Part shown: positions 24,141 through 38,100 of the stretch, piece by piece
Numbering within the stretch: the stretch's first letter is position 1
Layout: every line of letters starts with the position of its first letter
Assembly (NCBI GenBank): GCA_030390025.1
Contig: CM059432.1
Coordinates: 130,202,001 to 130,266,000 of the forward strand
Direction: 5' to 3'
From: Squalus acanthias
Taxonomy: Eukaryota
DNA: 64,000 nt
Program-made: the position numbers and the translations under genes
Notes under the pieces: model-generated
What the model saw: the letters and a program-made list of their open reading frames with translations, nothing else
What the model was told of the DNA's origin: nothing
The model's database searches: none

Positions 24141-25295
24141 CTGTTGCTACAGTGGTTTGAATGCCTCTGTACGCTGTGATAAAGATTAGGGATTCCACCC
24201 TCCAGCATCGTTCACCCCCTGAAGGAGCAACAGGAGCAGGAGATAGGAGACAGGAGGGGTGCGGGGGCGGTTTTAAGAGTGCCAGTGTAAACTGGGGTGG
24301 GGGTGAAAGTGTATCAGTATGATCTGGAGAAGGGAAAGTGTAGTATTTGGAAGGATTGTGTACAATTCTAAATGTGTTGCTGACACCCATGGTTGGAATG
24401 ATCCTGTGGTAATTAAGACCAGGCTTGAATCTTTTATTTTCTTTTATGCAATTTTCCCAGCAATAGATTATCTGTTGCCATTGGGGTAAAGGAGTTGTAA
24501 AATATAAAAATAATTGCCAAATGGCAAGCAGAGGGTAGTTGTCAATAAAATATAGAAAATGTCCTTTCCTTTTTGATTAAATGTGTGTATCCCATGTGTG
24601 TATTTAATTTCAATCAGCTTGGCCTATGTTTGGGCAGGAATATTGAATGCCTGTTGGCACTTCTGGCTGTCAAATCTGGAAGGTGGGCAGCAGAGAGCTG
24701 CCAGGGTGGCTCGTCCTTCCCGATTTACCACCCAAACCTGCTGGAGTTACACCAAAGAGGCAGCATAACACCAGAGGAAACTCTGCCCCTCTGCTCGGAC
24801 TTGACCTTGGTATATGCCGCAGTGGTTGGCGCTCATCAAGAACTCCAAACTACTCCACGCCACACATGGGCCCTTGGTAACAGCTCAGCTCAACTCAACC
24901 AGCAACTTTCTCATGGAGGTGAAAATCGGCATGTCACAGGAAGTACTAATGCCCTTGTACAAACGTTCTGTGAGAAAAATGTTTAACCTACACTCATCAC
25001 AGTTGCCGTGTTTCCAAGGTAATAAAAAGCTGGGATTAGCTGAACGAATGACAAGGTCACCAGTTGCATTGTTTACGAGAGCCCAGAAACTGTTTTTGCT
25101 AAGTAAACTGAGCTGTTTTAACCTGAGATAAGATTTGGTGACTAGTTGTTAGGCACCAATTCAGTTCTAATTTGTCACTCTTGTAGATTGCTGGGACCAT
25201 TTTGCTTTCTTTCTATAAACATGCATATAAACGCCAAAGTAATCCTCAGGAATGCATTATAAGATGTAAGAGTTATAAACAACATAATAGCTTTA

Positions 25296-26158
25296 GGGGG
25301 AAAAATTCAGTTGGTTGCGCCTCCCGTTAGCGCCTTAAGAGGGCGCTAATGGGGCGCAAATCATCTAGCGCCCGGGCACAGCGATTTTTGCGGCGGCGCT
25401 AAACACTACCACCACGATCTCCTGCGCCGGCAGATCGTGACGTCAGTCGAGTGCGCAACGCCCCGGTATCGCCCCGGAGCGGATATTGAGTGGCGCCCCC
25501 TGCCTTACTGCCTGCCGCTAGCAACGACAGGTTGAGGGGAGCGTTCTGCAGTCAGGAAGGGACTGGGGGAGCGCTATTTAAAGGCGACTGCTTCCTGCCT
25601 TTTATTGTTGGTGACATTTTTGAACCACACTTTCTGAGAGAGAGAGAGAGAGACTTCTGGAGAGATTCAACGCTGTGTGAAGGAGTTTTGGGTACTGAGC
25701 AGCACTTTGCAGGTTCATTTTGATTTGCCCTTCCTTGTATCGATTTAGAAGAGACTGTGGGGGCTGCACTCTGAGCTCTTTCCCTGGTACTCTCCATTGT
25801 TCTTTCCAGCAGATTTGATGTACAGGTCTCTCCAGGCCGAGATTCAAGGCTGCAATGAGCAGGATGTGGATGGAAAGCAAGATCAACCCTCCCCTTTAAG
25901 AACTGGCCCGCGCCATTGTGTGTGTGTTCCATTGCTGACTGACATCACATGAGCTTCGCCAGCGCTCTGAGGTAGCGCCTCGCTCCTCGGCCTTTGCGCC
26001 TTAAGACAGGTGTGAAGCGCCTGATTTAGCACTCCAATCACCTCCAGGGGCGATAAAAGTCAAGTTTGCAGTCGGTGGCGATAATTAGCGCCAGGCGCTA
26101 ATCTTTGCGCCCGGCCGATAATTGCGCCCCAAATGGGGCGATACTGAATTTCTCCCCC
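25296..26158. mobile_element. Harbinger-type MITE
   Basis: 16-bp TIR gggggaaaaattcagt / actgaatttctccccc; TSD TTA; right part homologous to 5530-5788. Confidence 0.93.
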
Positions 26159-26342
26159 TTAGTGTCTTGGCAATCATTGCAAACCATTTTTTCTTGCCCA
26201 AGATGTAGCAAAATCTTTTCTCCTGATTTGGGTGGATCACCTTATTGACAAGAGTCGAGGAGAATTTTACAATCCAGCAACACAGAGCACCCCAATTGGC
26301 AGTAATACCGTTTTAGCTGAAGTACTTCTTAACTCTTGCCTT

Positions 26343-27425
26343 GTCAGCCAGTGGCTCAGTGGGCAGCACTCTCACCTCTGAGTCAGAAGGTTAAGGTCCC
26401 ACTCCAGAGACGTGAGCACAAAACTCTGGGCTGACACCCCAGTGCAGTGCTGAGGGAGTGCTGCACTGTCGGAGGTGCCGTCTTTCAGATGAGACGTTCA
26501 ACCGAGGTCCCGTCTGCTCTCACAGGTGGACGTAAAAGATCCCATGGTACTATTTCGAAGAAGAGCAGGGGAGTTATCCCCGGTGTCCTGGCCAATATTT
26601 ATCCCTCAATCAACATCACTAAAACATTTATGAAACACTGGTTTGGCCTCAACTGGAGTATTGTGTCCAATTCTGGGCACCGCACTTTAGGAAGGATGAG
26701 AAGGCCTTAGAGAGGGTGCAGAAAAGATTTACAAGAATGATTCCAGGGATGAGGGACTTCAGTTACGTGGATAGACTAGAGAAGCTGGGGCTGTTCTCCT
26801 TGGAGCAGAAAAGGTTGAGAGGAGATTTGATAGAGCTGTTCAAAATCATGAGGGGTCTAGACAGCGTAGATAGCGAGAAACTGTTCCCATTGGCGGAAGG
26901 GTTGAGAACCAGAGGACACAGATTTAAGGTGATTGGCAAAAGAACTGAAGGCAACATGAGGAAAAACTTTTTTACGCAGCGAGTGGTTAGGATCTGGAAT
27001 GCACTGTCTGAAAGGGTGGTGGAGGCAGACTCAAGTACGGCTTTCAAAAGGGAATTGGATAAGTACCTGAAGGAAAAAAATTTGCAGGGCTACGGGGAAA
27101 GGGCGGGGGAGTGGGACTACATTCCACCATGGGGGAAGTGCTGAAGTAGCTGTAGTGAAGTGGTCTTGCAGAGAGCCGGCACGGACTCGACGGGCTGAAT
27201 GGCCTCCTTTTGTGCTGTAACCATTCTATGATTCTATGATTCTAAACAGATTATCTGGTTATTATCACATTGCTGTTTGTGGGAGCTTGCTGTGTGTAAA
27301 TTGGCTGCCGTGTTTCCGACATTGCAACAGTTACTACACTTCAAAAAGTACTTCATTGGCTGTAAAGCGCTTTGGGACATCTGGTGGTCATAAAAGGCGC
27401 TATATAAATGCAAGTCTTTCTTTTC
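26343..27425 (+). mobile_element. DeuSINE (26343-26626 + 27244-27425) interrupted by a CR1
   Basis: Colinear with 15223-15690; aaaca duplicated at the junctions. Confidence 0.9.
26627..27243 (+). mobile_element. CR1 LINE 3' end
   Basis: QKRFTRMIPG...LRGDLIELFK...FFTQRVVRIWNAL; tail attctatg repeats. Confidence 0.93.
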
Positions 27426-28603
27426 TTGCAGGTCTCTGTAGGTAGTATAGGCCCTTTATGACCTTGTTACGGGTTTCTGTATCTATTCTTCAAGCACAAC
27501 TCTCAAGTTAGCTTTGAAGTGCCCCTTTGTTTCCAGCAAGAACTAGATTAGGGCAGGGACCTGATTCCTCTGAAGTGATAACTAATTAGGGCAATGACTC
27601 ACTTCCTGTACATCATTATGAAAGCAATGATAATTTCACCTGATTAGAGTTCAATCCCTGTATTCCAAAAAATCAATAGCAAGAACTGGGTTGCACCAAA
27701 ACACATTGGCACTCACTTACAGGGACATTATCTGTTGGAAGAAACTGTAAACACGATTCCAGGATAGGTAGCACCTATCAAATAACAAAATGCATCCAAC
27801 ATTAACTTATTAAAATTGTTATATATTAAGCTTTCAGCAGAAAAGAATCTTGCCTACCCTGCCATTATTGTTGAGCAGATTTAGTGGATGTGAGTAGTAA
27901 TGACCTCATTACTCTGCCTCCTGTTGATTTGTTAACTTCCTTTCCTTTACATAAATATTGCTCAGAACACCACGGTATGGATTGCCTGCAGGGCAGAGAC
28001 CAGTTCTGAAAAGCTTCAAACAGCCTTGATTCTACCATTTCAGATTCCTTTAGGCTGGTGGAGGTTTTGTACAAGTGCAGATATTGTGATGTTTTGTAAT
28101 GCGTTTATTTCATTTGCATTTACGTGAGAAGATGTGTTAAATTCATTTATTGCATTGAAATTATTTTAACTTGGTTTGTTTCCAGAAGGCCATCATGAGG
28201 CTGACTCAGGACAGATTGACAAACATCTGTAAGTCCTGCACTCCCTTCCCTCATGGCTGACTACAATTATTCTCAAAGGTCTGTCAGGCCCATCCCGACA
28301 GCTGCTTCAAGAATCAGGTCAAGCCACAATCCAAACACATTGAATTGATGCCCCTATGTGCCTAAATTCCTAAGTTGCAGATTGTTTGCAGCCACGGTGA
28401 ATGTCATTCTCTCCCATGGTGGAATGTAGTTCAGCTATTTGGCAGAGCTCCACAGCATAGACTTGGCTACACAGCTCTGAGAGCAAGTGGCTCAGAATTC
28501 CCAACATCTCACCCGTGACACTTCTGTGGTAAGCCCGATGAAATGGTGTCCCTAAACTTCCCAAACAAATGTTGGATAAAACTTCACACAAAAGACTATT
28601 AAA

Positions 28604-28910
28604 AAAAGATAGACTTGCATTTATATAGTACCTTTCACCAGCCCAGGTCATCCCGAAGCGCTTTACAGCCAATGAAGTACTTTGATATCTAGTCACTGTT
28701 GTAATGTAGGAAACGCAGCAGCCAATTTGTGCTCAGCAAGATCCCACAAACAGCAATGAGATGATAACCAGATCCTCTGTTTTTTTAGTGATGTTAGTTG
28801 AGGGATAACTATTAGCCAGGGAAGAACTGCCCTGCTCCTCTTCGAAATAGCACCATGAGATCTTTTACGTCCACCTGAGAGGGCAGATGGGGCCTCAGTT
28901 TAATGCCTCA
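28604..28910 (-). mobile_element. DeuSINE 3' half
   Basis: Reverse complement of the SINE tail and Deu core. Confidence 0.85.
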
Positions 28911-28911
28911 T

Positions 28912-29600
28912 AATTAAACTCAAAGCTGTGAGGATTGAGGGCAAACCCTGGGAATGGATACAAAACTGGCCGTAGGTTAGGAAACAAAGACTACTCATTA
29001 GAAGGGTTATATCACAGTCGGGGAAAGAACTGAATCGGGTGCTTCATAAATGACCTGGATTCAGAAACTCAATACAAAGTGGTCAAATTTGCAGATATCA
29101 AACCAGGAGGGGCAGTGGAATCAGAAGAGACAGCTCAGAAATTACAGAATGAGTTGGACAAGATATGTAAGTGGACAGAACAGTGGCAGATAAACTTTAA
29201 TGCAGAAAAGTGTAACGTGTAAAAGTAGGAAAAATGGCTGATAAACAAACTCCATGAATGGCATTGAAATAGCTAAGGATGGAGCTGAAAGAGACCTAGG
29301 AGTCCTAGTAGACTCACTACTAAACATATCCAACCAATGCAGAGCTGCAACCAGCAAAGCCAATAGGATGTTGAACTACATAGCCAAAGCAGTAGGATAC
29401 AAGTCAGAGGAAGTCATGATCAAACTGTACAGTGACCTGGTCAGACGACACCTTGAGAACTGTGTCCAATTCTGGTCACCAAGAAACAAGGAAGATGTGC
29501 AAGTGCTTATGGCAGTGCAGAGAAGGGCCACCAGGCTGAATCCCGAGTGTCAGGAGTCTGAATTATGAGGAAATACTGGAGAATTTCAGCCTGGAAAGAA
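28912..29600 (+). mobile_element. Old CR1 RT fragment
   Basis: ERDLGVLVD...KANRML...LVRRHLENCVQFWSP. Confidence 0.85.
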
Positions 29601-29896
29601 GAGGGCTGACTTAACTTGATTTCCCTTCCGTTAACGGGGCAGTAAAGTCAAGGTGAATGAAAATTGGGACAGATGTAAATCGGGCTGCCGATTCGCTATC
29701 GCCCGTTTTATAGTATCGCCCAAAGTCAAAATTATCACCTTTAAGTCTGTCTCTTTGTTATCAACCAGCACCATTGGATGCCTGTTTTATCTGAGTGTGA
29801 TGTACCCTCAGCATTAATGAGGCAATAATAATGGATAATGGTACGATGTCCCCACATTATTACTTCCTCGTTGAAACACACCCTGCTTGTTTAGGG

Positions 29897-29987
29897 TGCC
29901 TGATGAAGGAGCAGCGCTCCGAAAGCTTGTGATTTCAAATAAAACTGTTGGACTATAACCTGGTGTTGTGCGACTTCTCACATTTTT
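29897..29987 (+). mobile_element. Solo Penelope family-1 pLTR fragment with hammerhead motif
   Basis: CTGATGA A GGAGC agc GCTCC GAAA GC TT gtg atttcaaataaaactgttggactataacc. Confidence 0.88.
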
Positions 29988-30255
29988 AGGGTGGATGCTT
30001 GTAGTGCCAGCCAGAAATGATGATGGACAACTAAGCAGGTGAAAAATGCACAGAGATCCAGCATAATGTATCCACACCCATTCCATACCCATTCTCCTAA
30101 GCCCCCGCACTCCCCATCCTACCAAAATGCCAGCTGAAAATCAGACAGTAAAGGTAGGAAAATCCATGCTTCAGTACAGGTGATTTTGGTCTTTAGGTCT
30201 AAAATAGTTCTATTCTAGTGTGTGCTGCTTTAAGATCCACCAGAATCCCAAGCGC

Positions 30256-31745
30256 TAACAACAACAACAGTTTGCATTTATAGAGCGCAATCAGACAAAA
30301 ATCAACACCGAACCAAAGACGGATATCTTAGGAGAGGTGAGTAAAAGCTTGGTCAAAGTAGTGGGTTTTAAGGAGGGTCTTCAAGGAGGAAAGAGATGTG
30401 GAGAGGCGGAGAGGTGTAGGGAGGGAAATCCAGAGCTTAGGGCTTAAACGGCTGAAGGCACGGCCACCAATGATGGGGCGAAGGGATTTCAGGGTGTACA
30501 AGAGACCAGAGTTGGAGGAACACAGATTTCTCACAGAGCTTTAGGGCTGGATAGAAATAGGAAGGGGCAAGGCCATGGACGGATATGAACATGGGGATAT
30601 GAATTTTAAATTTGAGGCATTGGTGGACCAGGAGCAAACACAGGGGCAATGGGTGAACGAGGCTTGGTGTGGGATAGAATATGGGCAGCAAAGTTTTGGA
30701 TGAGCTGAAGTTTATGGCGGGTGGAGGATGGGAGGTCGGCCAGAAGAGTCTGGAGATAACATAAGGCACGGATGATGGTTTTGGCAGTGGATGGGCTGAA
30801 ACAAGAACGGAGATAGGCAATGTTACAGAAGTGAAAGTAGGTGATCTTTGTGATGGAGTATGGGGTTGGAAACTCTGTTCAGGGTCATATAGGATGCAGA
30901 AGTTGCAAACTGTCTGGTTCAAACTGAGGCAGTGACCGGGGATGGGGTTGGAATCAGTGGTAAAGGTAAGGAGTCTGTGGCGTGCGCCGAAGGTGATGGC
31001 TTTGGTCTTCTCAATATTTAACTGGAGGAAACTGAGGCTCCTTCAGGACTGGATGTCAGACAAGCAATATGACAACACAGAGGCCGTGGAGGGGTCGAGA
31101 GAGGTTTTGGTGAGGTAGAGCTGGGTTTCATCATGTGGAATCTGACCCCATGGTCTTCAAATGATGTTGCTAAGGAGCAGCATGTAGATAAGGAAGAGGA
31201 GGTTGTCAAGGATAGATCCTTGGGAGACTCCAGAGGTTATGATGCATGGGCATGAAGAAAAACCATTGCTGGAGATCCTCTGGCTAATGTTGGATAGGGA
31301 AGAGTGGAGCCAAGTGAGGGCATTCCCACAATGCTGGACAGTGCAGGAGAGGCCTTGGAGGAGGATGGTGTGGTCGAACAAGTCAAAAGCTACAGAGAAG
31401 TCGAGAAGAACAAGAAGGGATAATGCACCACGGTCAATGTGACAGAAGAGGTCATTTGTGACTTTGATTAGGTCTGTTTCTGTCCTGTGGCAACACATTC
31501 AAGGAGCTTGGAGACAGAAATCTGGCAAGAGAGATTCAAACAGAGACTTGCAAGAAAGGTAGAAACGGATCTAGGTGGTGACAATGTGGTCAAAGACTTT
31601 GGCGAGGAAAGGGACGTTGGAGATGGAGCAGTAGTTTACAAGGACAGAGGAATCGTGGGTGGGTATTATGAGGAGGGTGCTGATGACGGCAATTTTGAAA
31701 GGGAGGGAACAGTACTTGAGGAGAGGGAACCATTTACAATGTGAG
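30256..31745 (-). mobile_element. Decayed L2 LINE 3' portion
   Basis: TETDLIKVTNDL...LLVLLDFSVAFD...SGVSQGSIL; KTLLKTHYFDQAF; ttg tail. Confidence 0.9.
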
Positions 31746-32456
31746 CTAGTACGGGGTCCAGGAATGGAAATTGGTAAGTGGGGTGACTGGGACAGGAAGG
31801 AGCTGGGCACACTGGGTGGGAAGTTTGGAGAGAGGGAGGGATGGGGCACTTGGAGTTGCTGCTCGTCAGGAGGTGGCAACGGGTGCCTCGATGAGCCCTC
31901 TGTAGAATGCTGAGAGATGCACAAAGGGGAGCTGTGGGCTTATCCAAGGAGGATTCAAGCCTGGGGCGGCGGCAGGAGAGTAGGAAGGCAGAGGAGTAGT
32001 GATGGGTTGGGGTAGGATTAGCAGGAGGCAAAGTACCCAAGAGGGGAGAAAAGAAAGGTGGCATGACTGGGCGACAGGAAAGGGAGGAGACAGAAGAGAA
32101 GGGGCCGAGAGGGGCTAAAGAAAAAAAGGGGAAAAGAAGCAATGGGCTCGGGTTTGGAGCTCCAGCCAAAATGGACGGGCGAAGGTGCCTTGTATCAGAT
32201 GGTTCCAAACATTGTACCTTAATGTTACACTTAACCAAAGGTCAGCCCACAGGTGCAAGACTTCACTGAGTTAATAACCTCACTAAAGACTAAAGCGCTC
32301 CAAAGAGCAAGGCCCAAAAATTCAACACAAGTTGTCCTTTTTGTAGTGAGTCTCCCTCTATGGGTTTAGTGGGTAAAGGCGCAGTACTCTGGTGTGTCCT
32401 GATTCCCTGAAGGTTTCAGGGTAAAGGCACCTCACTCAGTGTTTAACTCTCAGTAT

Positions 32457-32854
32457 AAAGATGAACTTGCATTTATATAGCGCCTTTAACAACCTCAGGA
32501 CATCCCAAAGCCCTTTACGGCCAATTAAGTACTTTTTTGAAGTGTGGTCACTGTCGGAAACGCAGCAGCCAATTTGCTGAACAGCAACATGATAATGACT
32601 AGATCTGTTTTCGTGATGTTGGTTGAGGGATAAATATTGGACAGGACACTGGGAGAACTCCCCTGGCTCTTCTTTGAAATAGTGCCATGCTATCTTTTAT
32701 GTCCACCGGAGAGGGCTGACAGGGTCTCAGTTCAACGTCACACCCAAAAGACAGCATCTCCGGCAGTGCAGCACTCCCTCAGTATTGCACGAATATTGTC
32801 AGCCTCGACTTTGAGCTCAAGTCCCTGGAGTGGGACGTGAACCCATAACCTTCA

Positions 32855-32888
<34 letters not shown>

Positions 32889-32890
32889 AG
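32457..32890 (-). mobile_element. DeuSINE, near full length
   Basis: Reverse complement of the 15223-15690 family. Confidence 0.88.
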
Positions 32891-33364
32891 CCAGACACGC
32901 TAGAAGAAAAAACACAAATAATTGTTCCTAGCATTAAACATCAGGAAAACCTGAGTGCCAGCTGGAAACAAAAGAACACCAACAAGGGCCTTTAAAGGGA
33001 CAGTGGGTTTTTTAAATGTCTGTCTAAGGACCTGTCCCCCCGCTAGATTTCACAGGTGTGCTGGAGACTCACCATGCCCCTGGGGCCAAAAGTGGTGCAG
33101 AGTCCTTCCAGGCGCCCTTTTTAATATAATAATAAAGCTCGTGCCTGTTTCCCAGAGAGGGCTTCCAATGCCCGGCCCAGGCCCCACTCGAATATCGAGC
33201 AGTCGCAGTGCATCAGCTTCGAAAGAAAAGGTGGATCTGGAGAGAGAAGGAAGGTGGTGGGATTGGGGATTATGGCGATGAGAGGGGGGAGCTGAGGTTG
33301 ACGGTTCTGGGGAATGGCGGAACGATATGGGGAGGAGGAGGGATTTGAAGATGTGGGGAGAATA

Positions 33365-33899
33365 TTGTGGGGCATAATCTTAGAATAAGGGGCTGCTGTT
33401 TCAAAACTGAGATGAGGAGAAACTTCTTCACTCAGAGGGTAGTAAATCTATGGAATTTGCTACCTCAGAGAGCTGTGGAAGCTGCAACATTAAATAAATT
33501 TAAAACTGAGATAGACAGTTTCCTAGCTGATAAGGGAATTAAGGGTTATGGGGAGCGGGCAGGGAAGTGGACGTGAGTCTAGGTTCGGATCAGCCATGAT
33601 CCTATTGAATGGCGGAGCAGGCCCGAAGGGTCGTATGGCCGACTCCTGCTCCTACTTCTTATGTTCTTATGTTCTTAATATGGATCTCGCTACTACAAGG
33701 AGTAGTTGAGTGGAATAGCATAGATGCATTTAAGGGGAAGCTAGATAAGTACATGAGGGAGAAAGAAATAGAAGGATATGCAGATAGGGTTAGATGAAAA
33801 GGGGTGGGAGGAGGCTCGTGCGGGGCATAAACACCAGCATGGACTAGTTGGGCCGAATGGACTGTTTCTGTGCTGTACATTCTTTGTAATTCTATGTAA
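33365..33899 (+). mobile_element. Two adjacent CR1 3' ends (33365-33677, 33686-33899)
   Basis: EMRRNFFTQRVVNLWN with tail ttcttatg; second tail aattctatgt. Confidence 0.88.
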
Positions 33900-34577
33900 C
33901 TGAGCAAAAATCTAATGGAACCCAGTTTGACCAGAATTTCATTCCTTTTCTACCACTCACTACCACTACCTCCCCCAGTGTGTTTTGGGCACGGACATAT
34001 TAACGTTGTGTAGAAACACGATTGGAAAATGATGCAGCAAGCTCTGTAGTTGACATTATCATGTCCCAACTCCTATTTCTCAATGCTAGCTCTCTGCTTG
34101 ATACACAAAAGTACACTTCGATGAAATTACAGTTGTTACAACAGCCTATTGCCTGAACACTCTGACGAAAAACAAGAAATTTGTCCAGGTTCTACTATTA
34201 CACTCAAATATTTTTTTCTTTTCTCTTTCCCCATACTCTCTGCACTGTCTTTCTCTCTCTCTCTCTCTCTCTGTCTCCCACTCTATGCCCTGTGTACATA
34301 CATACACACAGTTCATTTGCTTCTCTCACATATACAGCATAGATGAAAGGTATTAATTTTTGTCATGGTTTACTAGAGCAGTGAAAAATAGCCAAGTACT
34401 GCTAAGGAGTTGCTAATGTTTTTCATACCTCCAAAAGGGGCTTGAAGCCCCCCACCCCCCACCCCGACTCACTGGGTAAATGCTCCACTTATGGTCCTGA
34501 GCCGCACAAGACAACAGATCCCAGCTTTAATCTCTGGGTTCAACAGGATAGTGATTGGTCTCAATGTCCCCTGGTTC

Positions 34578-34828
34578 GGGAACATAGGAGCAGGAGTAGG
34601 CCATTCAGCCCCTCGAGCCTGTTCCGCCATTCAATTAGATCATGGCTGATCTGTACCTCAACCCCATTGACCCGCCTTTGACTCCTATCCCTTGACACCC
34701 TTTACCAAACAAAGATCTATTGATCTCAGTCTTGAAAGGTGCAATTGACCAAGAATTCCAAGCCTTTTAGGGGATATCCAGATTTCTCCTACCCTTTGTG
34801 TGAAGAAGTGCTTCTTTCACTCCTGAAT
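34578..34828 (-). mobile_element. CR1 3' end inside an LF-SINE-like remnant (~34470-34990)
   Basis: gaacataggagcaggagtaggccattcagcccctcgagcc is the reverse CR1 tail. Confidence 0.75.
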
Positions 34829-35189
34829 GAGATAAAATTAGTTCGGGCTCCCTTGTAGCCCATGAGAAGAAAGTGTAGGTTTGTGAACATTGAGTGAGGA
34901 CGGTATCAGGCTCAGCTGATATGTCCTCCATAATAAAGTCAGCCAGTCAATGCTCACTCGCTTGGCTCACCCCTGAAAAATGCCCTTCTGGGTGAGGTAC
35001 CGAAGGGTTGCCCACGCCAACGGAAGCGCACCCCAGCATGAGCCACAGGAGAGGAAGGTGGGTAACAAAAATCAGAGAAAAAAGTAAAATGAAAGGCCGG
35101 GGATTTAATGGGCCTTTTCTCCATTGTGTGCACACACTCTAAGATTCCTCTCCCCCTCAGTTATGTCAATGTTTTAAATATCAGCACAG

Positions 35190-38100
35190 CCGGGAAGGGT
35201 ATAGTGGTTATGTTACTGGGCTAGTAATCCAGAGGCCTGGACTAATGATTCGGAGACGTGAGTTCAATATCTCCACCACGGCAGCTGGGGAAATTAAATT
35301 CAGTTAATTAAATAAATCTGAAATAAAAAGCTAGTATCAGTGACCATGAAACTACCAGATTGTCCCTAATGTCCTTTAGCGAAGGAAATCTGCTGTCCTT
35401 ACCTGGTCTGGCCTATATGTGACTCCAGACCCACCGCACTGTTGTTGACTCTTAACTGCTCTTTGAAATGGCCTAGCAAGCCACTCAGTTGTAACAAACC
35501 ACTACAAAAAACAATAAGAAGAATAAAACCAGATGGACCACTTGGCATCGACCTCAGCACCGGCGTCAGACACGACAATGGCAGACCCAGCCCAGTCAAC
35601 CCTGCAAAGTCCTCCTCACTAACATCTGGGGACTTGTGCCAAAATTGGGAGTGCTGTCCCACAGACTAATAAATAAGACTTACATTTATATTTATATAGC
35701 GCCATTCACGACCACCAGACGTCCCAAAGCGCTTTACAGCCAATGAAGTAATTTTGAAGTGTAGTCACTGTTGTAATGAAGGTAATCAAGCAACAGCCTG
35801 ACATAGCCATACTCACAGAACCATACCTTTCAGCCAATGGCCCAGACTCCTCCATCACCATCCCTGGGTATGTTCTGTCCCACCGGCAGGACAGACCTAC
35901 CAGGGGTGGTGGCACAGTGGTATACAGTCGGGAAGGAGTGGCCCTGGGAGTCCTCAACATTGACTCCGGACCCCATGGCTTCAGGTCAAGCATGGGCAAG
36001 GAAACCTCCTGTTGATTACCACCTACCGCCCTCCCTCAGCTGATGAATCAGTACTCCTCCATGTTGAACAACACTTGGAAGAAGCACTGAGGGTAGCAAG
36101 GGCACAGAATGTACTCTGGGTGGGGGACTTCAATGTCCTTGTGGAGACGAAGTTCCATCTTCACACTGAGGACACCCTCCATCGTGTTGCCTGGCACTAC
36201 CACCATGCTACATGGGATAGCTTCAGAACAGAGCGAGCAACTGGGCATCCATGAGGTGCTGTGGGCCATCAGCAGCAGCAGAATTGTATTCCACGACATT
36301 CTGTAACCGCATGGCCCGGCATATCCCTCACTCTACCATTACCATGAAGTCAGGGGACGAACCCTGGTTCAATGAGGAGTGCAGAAGAGCATGCCAAGAG
36401 CAGCACCAGGCTTACCTAAAAATGAGGTGCCAACCTGGGGAAGTTGCAACACAGGACTACATGCATGCTAAACAGCGAAAGCAACATGCTATAGACAGAG
36501 CTAAGTGATCCCACAATCAACGGATCACATCAAAGCTCTGCAGTCCTGCCACATCCAGTCGTGAATGGTGGTGGACAATTAAGCAACTAACAGGAGGAGG
36601 AGGCTCCATGAATATCCCCATCCTCAATGATGGTGGAGCCCAGCACACGAGTGCAAAAGACAAGGCTGAAGCATTTGCAACTATCTTCAGCCAGAGGTGC
36701 CGAGTGGATGATCCATATCGGCCTGCTCCTGAATCCCCACCATCACAGAAGCCAGTCTTCAGCCAATTCGATTCGCTCCACGTGGTATCAAGAAATGGCT
36801 GAGTGCAATGGATACAGCAAAGGCTATGGGCCCCGACAACATCCTAGCTGTTGTGCTGAAGATTTGTGCTCCAGAACTAGACGTGCCTCTAGCCAAACTG
36901 TTCCAGTACAGCTACAACACTAACATCTACCCAACAATGTGGAAAACTGCCCAGGTATGTCCTGTCCACAAAAAGTAGGACAAATCCAATCCGGTCAATT
37001 ACCGCCCAATCAGTCTACTCTCAATCATCAGCAAAGTGATGGAAGGTGATCATCGACAGTGCTATCAAGCAGCACTTACTCACCAATAACCTGCTCACTG
37101 ATGCCCAGCTTGGGTTCCGCCAAGACCACTCGGCTCCAGACCTCATTACAGCCTTGGTCCAAACATGGACCAAAGAGCTGAATTCAAGAGGTGAGGTGAG
37201 AGTGACTGACCTTGACATCAAGGCAGCATTTGACCAAGTGTGGCATCAAGGAGCGCTTGTAAGATTGAAGTCAAAGGGAAACAGGAGGAAAACTCTCCAC
37301 TGGCTGGAGTCATACCTAGCACAAAGGAAGATGGTTGTGGTTGTTGGAGGTCAATTATCTCTGCCCCAGGACATCGCTGGAGGAGTTCCTCAGGACAGTG
37401 CTCCAGGCCCAACCATCTTCAGTTGATTCATCAATGACCTTCCCTCTATCATAAGGTCAGAAGTGGGAATGTTCGCTGATGATTCCACAGTGCTCAGTTC
37501 CATTCCCAACTCCTCAGATAATGAAGCAGTCCATGCCCGCATGCAGCAAGATTTGGACAGCATTCAGTCTTGGGCTAATAAGTGGCAAGTAACATTTGCG
37601 CCACACAAGTGCCAGGCAATGACTATCTCCAACAAGTGAGAGTCTAACCACCGCCCCTTGACATTCAATGGCATTACCATCGCTGAATTCCCCACCATCA
37701 ACATCCTGGGGGGTCACCATTGACCAGAAACTTAACTGGACCAGCCACATAAATATTGTGGCAACAAGAGCAGGTCAGAAGCTAGGTTTTCTGCTGCGAG
37801 TGTCTCACCTCTGACTCCCCAAAGCCTTTCCACCATCTACAAGACACAAGTCAGGAGTGTGATGGAATACAGTCCACTTGCCTGGATGAGTGCAGCTCCA
37901 ACAACACTCAACAAGCTTGACACCATCCAGGACAAAGAAGCCTGCTTGATTGGCACTCCATCTACCACCTTACTCATGTGACTCGGCCAACGTTGTCTAC
38001 CTCATACGTTGCAGGAAAGAATGCACCGCGGCATGGTACATCGGCGAGACCATGCAGACACTGAGACAACGTATGAACGGACACCGCACAACAATCGCCA

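Noticed and set aside
24573..24986. 137-aa ORF in unique sequence (also 20625-20990 and 40620-40988)
   Set aside because: No recognisable homology or convincing gene structure.
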